A stretch of DNA of 64,000 nucleotides from Escherichia coli (lineage in GTDB: Bacteria > Pseudomonadota > Gammaproteobacteria > Enterobacterales > Enterobacteriaceae). Positions 9,175 through 17,510 of this stretch are shown here, one piece after another (position 1 is the stretch's first letter; every line of letters begins with the position of its first letter). Made by a program: the position numbers and the translations under genes. Where the stretch lies: the NCBI RefSeq assembly GCF_048403405.1, contig NZ_CP183131.1; one strand, given 5' to 3'. The notes below the pieces were generated by a model. That model searched no databases. It was not told the origin of the DNA and saw only the letters and a list, made by a program, of their open reading frames with translations.

Positions 9175-9816
9175 ATGGCAGAAGCACAAGTAGCACTGGA
9201 CACAAACAACGACCGCAGCAACCACTACTCTCGCCCTGTTTTCAAGCAAGTTCTGAAAGTAAACAGCCTCCAAGCTCAGCGCGTCATGGAACGCAGCTTT
9301 GAGCGAGTTTCCAACTCCCTGTTCTCCATCGACGTGATCCTTCGCATCATCGGTGAGCAGGACGAAATCGACCAGGTTGAAACCGTCATCCTGGAACACA
9401 TTTCCAAGGTCTCCGAAGACCTGGACAAAGCTACCGCCCAGCTCAACAAGCTGATGGAAGACAACGGCATCGACATGATGCCCGGCTACACCAACCCGAA
9501 TGAATACACCATCGAGATCAACTCTCCTCAGGTTGCTCAGTTTGCACACCTGATCCGCAAACTGGATACCCTGATGGGGATCGTTGACACTCTCTGGCTG
9601 AACACCGTACTGACCAGCAAGCAGCGCACCGACGCCACTTACCAATGGCAGCAACGCCTCATCAAGCTGGCCGGTCGAATCATCGGCATCGAGAAACGGG
9701 CTCGCATTTCCGCCCACAGCAAAGGCAAAGAAGGTGAAGTGGCCGAAGCCGCTCCGGAATCTGCAACCGGCGACAAGGAAATCGCAGACGAAGCCGAGAA
9801 AACAAAAGCAGCATAA
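9175..9816 (+). CDS. hypothetical protein (213 aa)
   Basis: AGGAG 8 nt before ATG at 9175 (ORF-track frame 9115..9816); followed by a terminator. Confidence 0.6.
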   Translation: MAEAQVALDTNNDRSNHYSRPVFKQVLKVNSLQAQRVMERSFERVSNSLFSIDVILRIIGEQDEIDQVETVILEHISKVSEDLDKATAQLNKLMEDNGIDMMPGYTNPNEYTIEINSPQVAQFAHLIRKLDTLMGIVDTLWLNTVLTSKQRTDATYQWQQRLIKLAGRIIGIEKRARISAHSKGKEGEVAEAAPESATGDKEIADEAEKTKAA

Positions 9817-9832
9817 CCCAGCCCAAACCTTT

Positions 9833-9858
9833 GCCCCTCGCCCGAGGGGCTTTTTTTT
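9833..9858 (+). terminator. rho-independent terminator (GCCCCTCG/CGAGGGGC + T8)
   Basis: GC hairpin followed by TTTTTTTT. Confidence 0.75.
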
Positions 9859-9938
9859 GTCTTTTATGGTTGCATTTTTTGATGCTGTGATATTATCGAA
9901 GTAAATCAGATTCAACTCAGGTAAGAACGGAGAACAAC

Positions 9939-10799
9939 ATGAAAAAGGCTTTAATCACCACCGTGGCTCTGGCTGTAGCAGCTCTATCTGGCTGTGCATC
10001 CACCAGCAGTTACGAACCCACAGCGTACAAAACCAATCACAGTCGCGCTTACAACATCGCGGAGGCCGGTGGCCTGGTAACAGGCATCCAAGACGCTTCT
10101 GTTCCGCGTGACAAGCTGGAGCGTCTGACCGACACCAAAACGTTTGGGGCAGCCTACGTGCTGTCTGGCTACATGTCCCCTCAGCTCGGAATGACCGACT
10201 GGCAAGGTGGCTTGGTCAACCTTGCGAACTGGGCTATCGGCCCCAAACAGCATGGCGCTCGCAATAGCTTGATCGCTTGGATGCCTGCTAACGAAGCAGT
10301 TTCACCGGCAGACGCTCAGGCCAAATTTCTTTCACATGTGAAAGTTTCCATTGAGTCAGCGCTGACTGATTTGGGTGCCAATTTCACGCTTCTGTATGAC
10401 AAAGATGGTCGCCTAACCTATCAGTTCTACAAGAATGAATGGGGTTGCCCGACGTGGGTGAACGGACAAAGTAAGGTAGCTGACATGTGTTCCGTTAAGG
10501 TGAAAATCGTGGAGCCTCGCCTAGGGTCAGCTCCTAATTTTGTCTCTGGCGTTCAAGGTACAGCGTATGCCTTCACATCAGGCCATGAGACCGCATACAA
10601 CTTTGTGAATGTCGGTAATGGGGCAGCAAGCCATGCTCCTCAGCAAGCGATCTACGCAGCTATTAGCAAACAGCTACCAGCTTGGGCCTACCTCTACCTT
10701 GCTCCAAAATCGGTTGAGCTGGATAATGGCGAAAAAGTTGCTTTCCCTTACCTTCTTGATCAGGGAAAAGCAGAGTTATTTGTTTACCCAGAAGCGTAA
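9939..10799 (+). CDS. lipoprotein (lipobox LSGC), function unknown
   Basis: MKKALITTVALAVAALSGCAS signal peptide. Confidence 0.65.
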   Translation: MKKALITTVALAVAALSGCASTSSYEPTAYKTNHSRAYNIAEAGGLVTGIQDASVPRDKLERLTDTKTFGAAYVLSGYMSPQLGMTDWQGGLVNLANWAIGPKQHGARNSLIAWMPANEAVSPADAQAKFLSHVKVSIESALTDLGANFTLLYDKDGRLTYQFYKNEWGCPTWVNGQSKVADMCSVKVKIVEPRLGSAPNFVSGVQGTAYAFTSGHETAYNFVNVGNGAASHAPQQAIYAAISKQLPAWAYLYLAPKSVELDNGEKVAFPYLLDQGKAELFVYPEA

Positions 10800-10811
10800 T
10801 CAATCTACATG

Positions 10812-10838
10812 AGAAAGGGGCCGAAAGGCCCCTTTTTT
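10812..10838. terminator. bidirectional terminator hairpin (GGGGCCGAAAGGCCCC) between lipoprotein gene and traN
   Basis: A-run / hairpin / T-run shared by convergent genes. Confidence 0.7.
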
Positions 10839-13648
10839 TATCCACCACCACCAGTTGGCGCGCCTGTTTGAGGGTCTATGCTGTTTGTCGCCTCTTTTCG
10901 CTTCGCGTCAATATCAATCCCTTCCAACCGCTCCAACGCCCTTTCCTGAGCATTCTTCCGCGTCCCGTCAATATTGAAGTCATTCCCTGCTCCAGTCAGC
11001 GAGTCGAGATTTATTGAGGCCGGATCAGGGAATTTACCGTTCTGCTGTAATATCCCAAGCCACTCATCCAAATTAATTTTGCTCCAATCAATTTCGGCAA
11101 TTTTATCTAGTGGAATCCCTTCACACTGAGGATTTTTGGGGTCTCCAAAGTTCTGCCCCAATTGAGGGCGAACCTGTTCTTGTATAATACGAGAGAGCGG
11201 AGAATTGAAGCAGCAATACGCTTCTCTTTTTTCAATACAAGCGCCCAACACCTTAGATTTACAATAAGAGCCTACATAGGTGCAATTCTTGAGCGCTCTT
11301 TTGGCGTTCATAGTGAACTCTTCTTCCTCGCACTTATAAATCATCTGGATCATCACCATCGCAACGACATAGACGGTATATATCGTCATGGCAGTGCTAA
11401 GCCATGTTGTCGCAGTCTCCATCATTGCTTCGGCAGCTTGTTCAGATGCTGCGGCAGCCGCCTGCTCTGTTGCTGCATCTTGGCCTGCTGATTTCATGAC
11501 ATCCATCATCACTTCTTTGACTTGCTCTTTGAGCTGGTCAATGAGTTGATCAACAAACTGCTCTACAGGCTGGAAGAACGAATCAACAGCACCTGAAACG
11601 TTCTCTATATAACTTGTGAACGGTTTTGTGACTTCTGTCCACCCTTGAAGGGCAGGTTCCCTAAGTACCTGATAAGCACCTTTAAGCGCATTACCATCAG
11701 TCAGCCCCATCACTGCGCCATCGAGCTTTGGAACGGCCATTATTAGGTTCAGATAATCGGCAAGAGATATATTGGTTGGCTTTTCACAGCAATCAGAAAC
11801 TCCCCCAACAGCTATCTTGCATTCGCCAGCTTCCCCTGCAAAAGCAGAGCAAATAACGTTTTCATCCCCGGTAGGATTGTCATCCCCATCTTGGCCTGTG
11901 CAGCTCATATCCTGCGTCATGAATTGGGCTGCATTGAGCAACGCAGTAGCGCGAGCAAAATCAGTGCTTTGTGTTTTGGTCAAATCAAGGCAGTCATCTC
12001 CCATGCAGCGTATAGGCCCACCGCACTGGTACTCAGTTTCCTTTTCCAAGGTCGGAACAGAAACATCTGTACCACAGTCATAAGTATCCTCGTGGACGTA
12101 GCACGTACCAGAACTTCCCTGAGCACCATCAACACATTTGGAACTGATGAAGCCGCACTGAGGGTTTTCTTCATATTTCTGACAGCTATCGAGATTCCCG
12201 CCCGTGTTTACCGGACAGTGCGTTTCACCTTGAGGGTCTGTCCAGCAGTCCATTTGCCCCTTATAAAAGTCATAGTCAGCTTTAACTCGAACCTTTTTGC
12301 ATAGTTTTGGAATACCAGGCAAAGGTGACGGCTTGAGTTGAGATTCGCAAACTTTGATCCCATTGATGACTGTGCAGCCCGTAGCATCAGTCGGGTCATC
12401 TATACATGTGATCTCGCCTTCCGCAAAACCATCTACAACCCCTTTGGCTGAATCCATGCAGCTCTGTGGAGCCCACTCATCCTTGGTAATGGCTTTTGAT
12501 GGGTCATAGCGTAGCTTTATGCGGCCAAAACCCTCACCTGCGCCAGTTACTGAAACGCGGATCTTAAACGTAACAACATCACCATCTTTCACATTCTTGA
12601 AATAGGGAGTGACATCAATATTAGGGTTTCGCTCCCAACTTGTTGACAATTCACATCGGCCAGCCGTTTCTGGAGGGAAATTGCCGTCAGGGCCGGACCA
12701 TACTTTAGTTTCCTGACCTGATTTACCAACCCAAACTTGCATGTAGTCATCCCACTTGGCGTACTCAAGAGTTGCAGACACTATGGCGTCTGGATTACTG
12801 ACTTGGACCCGCGTGTATTCCTCATAAATCGAACAGTTGCCACTCCAGTAGTCGTTACCAACTCGGCCAATCCACAACTCAGTACAGCCTTCTCCACAAG
12901 ATTTGAGGTTATATGGACCATCATAGTGCTTCACCACAGAGGCATCGTAGTCATGGACAACCTCACAGTCCGCGCTTTGATCTACAACACGCTGACACCG
13001 TTCATACTCTGGAATGTGGGCGTTGATAGTATTCTGATTGATGGTTGTTTCGGCAGAACAATCCCCAAAGCCACCTGCGATGAGGTCCATATCCTCATAG
13101 GTCTTTTTGCTTAGATTTAGTACAGGGTCATTACTGAAATCAGGGCGTGATCGATTAGAGGCATCGAGAAGAACCTTGTATGCCGCACCAGAGATTGATG
13201 GATTAGCACTATTGGCATCACTCCACAGCGACCCTTTTGCATTATTCCCCACGCTGTCCATGTCATCGCCAGAGTCGTAAATGCCTTGCAGACCGCCCAC
13301 ATCAGGTTTATTGGCATCAGGGAAGTAATAACTATCAGGTTTATTGTTGGTCCCGCTCGTTCCGGGGAATAGATCATTGACATTAATCTGACTCCCCCCG
13401 TTCATTTGGAATTGACCGTCTTTCAACGTCGGCATAGAGATTGTGCCATCTTGCACAGTCCCCGAGCTCGACTTGAATGAGTTTGAGAGGTTTTGTCCGA
13501 AAGCCTGGGCCTCTTTACCCACCGCTGTGATGTCCTGGTCTTGGCTACCGTTAGCGTAGGAATGTATCGGCAGCGCAGACATGGTTACTGTCAACAGCGA
13601 GGCCACAGCTTTCATAAAGTAATTATGACTTCGCATTGTGTTCTCCAT
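10838..13648 (-). CDS. traN: TraN-like mating-pair stabilisation outer-membrane protein
   Basis: 936 aa, signal peptide, very cysteine-rich C-terminal half; order traW-traU-traN. Confidence 0.8.
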   Translation of the reverse strand: MENTMRSHNYFMKAVASLLTVTMSALPIHSYANGSQDQDITAVGKEAQAFGQNLSNSFKSSSGTVQDGTISMPTLKDGQFQMNGGSQINVNDLFPGTSGTNNKPDSYYFPDANKPDVGGLQGIYDSGDDMDSVGNNAKGSLWSDANSANPSISGAAYKVLLDASNRSRPDFSNDPVLNLSKKTYEDMDLIAGGFGDCSAETTINQNTINAHIPEYERCQRVVDQSADCEVVHDYDASVVKHYDGPYNLKSCGEGCTELWIGRVGNDYWSGNCSIYEEYTRVQVSNPDAIVSATLEYAKWDDYMQVWVGKSGQETKVWSGPDGNFPPETAGRCELSTSWERNPNIDVTPYFKNVKDGDVVTFKIRVSVTGAGEGFGRIKLRYDPSKAITKDEWAPQSCMDSAKGVVDGFAEGEITCIDDPTDATGCTVINGIKVCESQLKPSPLPGIPKLCKKVRVKADYDFYKGQMDCWTDPQGETHCPVNTGGNLDSCQKYEENPQCGFISSKCVDGAQGSSGTCYVHEDTYDCGTDVSVPTLEKETEYQCGGPIRCMGDDCLDLTKTQSTDFARATALLNAAQFMTQDMSCTGQDGDDNPTGDENVICSAFAGEAGECKIAVGGVSDCCEKPTNISLADYLNLIMAVPKLDGAVMGLTDGNALKGAYQVLREPALQGWTEVTKPFTSYIENVSGAVDSFFQPVEQFVDQLIDQLKEQVKEVMMDVMKSAGQDAATEQAAAAASEQAAEAMMETATTWLSTAMTIYTVYVVAMVMIQMIYKCEEEEFTMNAKRALKNCTYVGSYCKSKVLGACIEKREAYCCFNSPLSRIIQEQVRPQLGQNFGDPKNPQCEGIPLDKIAEIDWSKINLDEWLGILQQNGKFPDPASINLDSLTGAGNDFNIDGTRKNAQERALERLEGIDIDAKRKEATNSIDPQTGAPTGGGG

Positions 13649-13751
13649 TTCAACCTTCCCATGCTATCTGAGAAGACAAGGGCCACCTGTACGTGTAGTG
13701 GCCCTTTTGGGGCATAATCTAAAATGCCCGTGCAAATTCGTTAGGGTCTGC

Positions 13752-14759
13752 TCAATTGTTACAGCAATCATTCCATCGCCAGATGGTGTAAATAGGGTCT
13801 TGCCCAATTGCCGGTATAGTTCGCGCCAGACCCCACGTAAGAGTGGATTCGCCAATTACGTGAGATGAGTTTGTCTCTGGAACCGGATGCAATAGCGTGA
13901 ATTTGTACTGCGTTTTGGGTAGTGTTGGGCTAATAACACCTCTACACATAGCCTCAGAACCCATTGTCTTCCACGCTAACCCCCGGCGATGCAAAGCAGC
14001 CAGAACCCTTGTGCTAAGAAGACTGCTATCGCGGATAACACCTTTTCCACCATTCTGGTTGCCACTAAATGGATACAGGGTGCCCCATGAACCAGCACAC
14101 CAGAAAAGCTGTTTTAAAGGTTTTCCAGCGGTTGATGAGACAGCATCAGCAGTACACGCAGCCGCCGCAATTGGGTTTGCTACTGCCGCCGCCTCTGGAT
14201 TGGTAAAAAAAGCGAGCTCATCATTGTTCCAGGTCGGGTCGAGCTCCGACATGTACATGATGTCGAGATCCATATACCCATCAGCATTACAGGTCTGCTT
14301 AATAAATAAATCGAGCATCACCAACAGAGGAAACGCATAGTAGTGATAGTGCATAAAAGAACCATCACCACCATCCATGTCTCCCATGCCATGATGCCCT
14401 TGGTTAGTCCTATCAAACGGGAACCTGACACCATTCAAGACAGATGAGCAGCCAGGCACTCTCTGAAATTCAACAAGCCGTGCTGGCTCCCACATAGAAG
14501 TGGTGACTCCAGGCCGAGGGACCCCTAGATTATCCTCGCACATACACAGAGGGTTGCTTACGGCTTCACTCGGGAATGATCCGCCTCCACCACTTATAGG
14601 AACCCCTGCTACTTTGATGGGAAAAATACAGCTCCAGCAGATGTCAGTAATCAGTTTTCCGCCGATTACTTCCGCATTCTGGCACCCAGGGTCAGCCGAT
14701 ACCGAACGAACCCAAAAGACCGCGCTAACGGCAATGACCCGTAGAATTTTTTGCATCAT
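13752..14759 (-). CDS. traU: TraU-like T4SS pilus assembly protein
   Basis: Start set at ATG overlapping the upstream TGA (ATGA); signal peptide MMQKILRVIAVSAVFWVRSVSA; order in tra operon. Confidence 0.8.
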   Translation of the reverse strand: MMQKILRVIAVSAVFWVRSVSADPGCQNAEVIGGKLITDICWSCIFPIKVAGVPISGGGGSFPSEAVSNPLCMCEDNLGVPRPGVTTSMWEPARLVEFQRVPGCSSVLNGVRFPFDRTNQGHHGMGDMDGGDGSFMHYHYYAFPLLVMLDLFIKQTCNADGYMDLDIMYMSELDPTWNNDELAFFTNPEAAAVANPIAAAACTADAVSSTAGKPLKQLFWCAGSWGTLYPFSGNQNGGKGVIRDSSLLSTRVLAALHRRGLAWKTMGSEAMCRGVISPTLPKTQYKFTLLHPVPETNSSHVIGESTLTWGLARTIPAIGQDPIYTIWRWNDCCNN

Positions 14760-15427
14760 GGTAAGGCCTTTACGTAATTCAAGTGTTTCTCCATGACAGC
14801 AGGCTTCCCGTGATAGAAACCTTGTTGCCATGACAGTCCAAGTAATTTGGCGCTCTCCCCCAATGGGAAGCTCTCCACCTGCTCAGCAATGAGCTGTATG
14901 CCTTTTCGGCGGCAGTGGAGGATGGCCGAGTAGTCTTCAAGCGACCGCAGTCTTCTCGCGTCAAACTTGCAATAGTGCCAGTCATAACGACTCAGGCGCT
15001 CCAGCGAAGAGTTTTTGTCTCCATAGTCATCCAGCGCCAGCTCAACCCCTATTTCGGTAAGAGCCTCCCATCTCAATGCGAGAGAGGCATCCTGAATGCC
15101 CTCGGTAATCTCGATGACAAGCCGTGATGAGTGATTCTTAGCAATGTCGCGGACAACCCTCCACCACGCTTTGAAAATGACGTCTGATTGCAAAGTATGT
15201 TCAGAGACATTCAGAAAAAGAGCTGGGTACAGATCCAAGCAATAATGAAGGTTGTCCTGAATGAACCGTGCCATCTCCATATCCACCAGCCCCCAATAAG
15301 GAGGTGATGACAGAGAGGATGGTGTAAGAACCCGGCCTTCGTCGTACCAACGAGCCAGTACCTCAGCAGCGACAAACGAACCTGTGCCGACGTCTTTAAT
15401 TGGTTGGAAAGCCGGGGCAAAAATCAT
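14756..15427 (-). CDS. stand-alone EAL-domain protein (putative c-di-GMP phosphodiesterase or binder)
   Basis: EAL-type motifs AAEVLARW, LVIEITE, LALDDYG, HYCKFD, QQGFYHGKP; start overlaps traW stop and stop overlaps traU start. Confidence 0.75.
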   Translation of the reverse strand: MIFAPAFQPIKDVGTGSFVAAEVLARWYDEGRVLTPSSLSSPPYWGLVDMEMARFIQDNLHYCLDLYPALFLNVSEHTLQSDVIFKAWWRVVRDIAKNHSSRLVIEITEGIQDASLALRWEALTEIGVELALDDYGDKNSSLERLSRYDWHYCKFDARRLRSLEDYSAILHCRRKGIQLIAEQVESFPLGESAKLLGLSWQQGFYHGKPAVMEKHLNYVKALP

Positions 15428-16689
15428 TCACCGCCCTCCTCAGCAAGTTCGCGGACAACAAACTTCTTGCCTCTGGCAGTAATGACGCTCGGTGTGTGCT
15501 CCAGCTCGAACCGGGTAATCAGATCTGGCGTCAGCAGATATACCGGCGCGTCAAAGTTGTCGGTGACACTCTTGTAGGAATCCCAGCCTTTGTCTTTGTC
15601 GAACTCTGTGGCGATATAGGTAATCCGTTGTACGCCAGGTTCCTGCTTAATTTCAGGCAGCTTCTTGGCGAGCAGCTCCATTTGCTTTTTGTCCAGCGGG
15701 TCGAAAACTACGACCGCTTGGGTAAATGGCCGCGTTCCAGGCTTGCAAACTTCCTTCGGATCGCACAATGGGTTGATCACGTCACCCGCGTGAGCGAACA
15801 CAGTGCCATCCGGAGTGCTGATGTCACTGGTGATCATGACGCTAGGGTCAATTTCTCGTGTTCGAGATTTTGGCGCTCTGGGCAGCTCATTGAAATTCTG
15901 CTTGGTCCAGAAGCGCTCTATAGCCTGTTTCTTCTTCTCTTCCCAGTCGATATTGGCAAGGCGTTTCTTGGCAACATCAATAAGGTCTGGCTCACTGATT
16001 TTCTCCACCGGCCCCTTAACGCCGAGATCGCCTTTTTCTCCGTTATCCACTTCCCGAGCCAACCATACCGGGTCGGACAACCCGGAGACCTGGGCGACGA
16101 CGTTTGGTTGTTCGCCAGGCAGCGGCTCATCCTCCAGCATCACAATCGTGGGAACGGCTGTGATGTTGTACGTTTTGAACAACGTAGGGTTGATGATGAT
16201 GTTCGGCACTGGGTCTTTTTTGGCCGCGAGCGCCTGAATAGCTTTAACTCCCTGCCCCAAGTTCATTCCTTCCGGGATGCCACGGAACACAATTACAGAA
16301 TCAGGCTGGCCTGACACCGCCGTTAGGACGTCATCTAACCCCTGTTCGCCAAGAGACAACGAGGCGAAAACCAGTATCCGATGGTCAGAGTAGATACCCT
16401 TTTCAGCCTGTTTCCGGTGCATCTCCTTGAGCGTTGGGTTAGTAGTTTGGAGCTGCTTGAAAAATGCCTTGGCTTCGGCCTGAGCCTCGTCCATGTGTTG
16501 GTTTTGCAACAGAGATGGCATTTCCATCTTCTGGGCCTTTTGGGCAATTTGCTTTCCTTTCTCAATAAGCGCCTTATCCTGCTCTGTGAGCGGAGACTCT
16601 TGAGCGTATGCCCCGCCAGCCACAGAGAATATCAACGCCACCAGAACGCTCTTAGAACAGGGGATATGCGCGGCCAATGATCTGATCAT
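15424..16689 (-). CDS. traW: TraW-like T4SS protein (421 aa, signal peptide)
   Basis: Position between trhF and traU; N-terminal signal peptide; assignment by synteny. Confidence 0.65.
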   Translation of the reverse strand: MIRSLAAHIPCSKSVLVALIFSVAGGAYAQESPLTEQDKALIEKGKQIAQKAQKMEMPSLLQNQHMDEAQAEAKAFFKQLQTTNPTLKEMHRKQAEKGIYSDHRILVFASLSLGEQGLDDVLTAVSGQPDSVIVFRGIPEGMNLGQGVKAIQALAAKKDPVPNIIINPTLFKTYNITAVPTIVMLEDEPLPGEQPNVVAQVSGLSDPVWLAREVDNGEKGDLGVKGPVEKISEPDLIDVAKKRLANIDWEEKKKQAIERFWTKQNFNELPRAPKSRTREIDPSVMITSDISTPDGTVFAHAGDVINPLCDPKEVCKPGTRPFTQAVVVFDPLDKKQMELLAKKLPEIKQEPGVQRITYIATEFDKDKGWDSYKSVTDNFDAPVYLLTPDLITRFELEHTPSVITARGKKFVVRELAEEGGE

Positions 16690-17182
16690 TTTTCACAGTC
16701 CCCCAGTAACGTGAGTCGAAGCTGAATGGGCTTTTGCCCATAAACCAGTAGTTATTCTCTTTCAGCGTGGTCTTGCCGTAAAAGTGGCTCTCTGGCAGAT
16801 GTAGTTTCCCTGCGAGCTGGAGCCCCTCTCCGACGACATCACCATTGACGGTGATCTTCCACTTATCGTTGATCTCGACTTTATCCCCCGGCATACCGGT
16901 GAGGATTTTGACCATGCGAGTCCCGTCCTTGTAGAAAGGCTGCATGTTCTTGGCTTGGAAGGCGTAAACAGCTCCCCTCTCCAGAGTTTGGTCGTTCAGA
17001 TCAATGAGGAAGAAGGTGTAACCCGGCAGGCACTTCTCCTGTTGTGGATCAATGCCAATACGGTAGCGGCTGGCAAAGGCCGCACCAGCAGCCCAAAGAA
17101 CCAGTAGTGTCACACCGGCCTTAACCCCGAAGCGCTTCCAGGATTCCTTTTTGACGAAATACTTCTTGAGTGGAAAATTCAT
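16652..17182 (-). CDS. trhF: TraF/TrhF signal-peptidase-like (S26 family) T4SS protein
   Basis: 176 aa with N-terminal membrane anchor; synteny downstream of traC. Confidence 0.65.
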   Translation of the reverse strand: MNFPLKKYFVKKESWKRFGVKAGVTLLVLWAAGAAFASRYRIGIDPQQEKCLPGYTFFLIDLNDQTLERGAVYAFQAKNMQPFYKDGTRMVKILTGMPGDKVEINDKWKITVNGDVVGEGLQLAGKLHLPESHFYGKTTLKENNYWFMGKSPFSFDSRYWGTVKNDQIIGRAYPLF

Positions 17183-17496
17183 TTCAGCACCTCATCAGGG
17201 AGGTACACGTCACTTGGAGCACCGACGACAGCACTTGCGTCAAGGACCAAATAACCTGCGTCTTTCAACTTCAAAATTGCGTCATTGGTCTTGACCATCA
17301 GTCTTTCAACTTCCTCCTGAGAGGCACCAGCGGGATACGCCGACGCCACTTTAGCGAAGTCAACCACGACCACTGGCGGGGTTTGATTCAAACGCTGATG
17401 GATGCTTGCCGTTTGTTCGCTCATCACGTAGTAGCTACCGCCGAAGCCACCAGCGGCACCGAGAATGGCGGCGATTGCGATTGATTTAATGTCCAT
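17179..17496 (-). CDS. hypothetical exported protein (105 aa)
   Basis: AGGGAG RBS; hydrophobic N-terminus; ATGA overlap with trhF start. Confidence 0.55.
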   Translation of the reverse strand: MDIKSIAIAAILGAAGGFGGSYYVMSEQTASIHQRLNQTPPVVVVDFAKVASAYPAGASQEEVERLMVKTNDAILKLKDAGYLVLDASAVVGAPSDVYLPDEVLK

Positions 17497-17510
17497 TACT
17501 GTCTCCCTGG

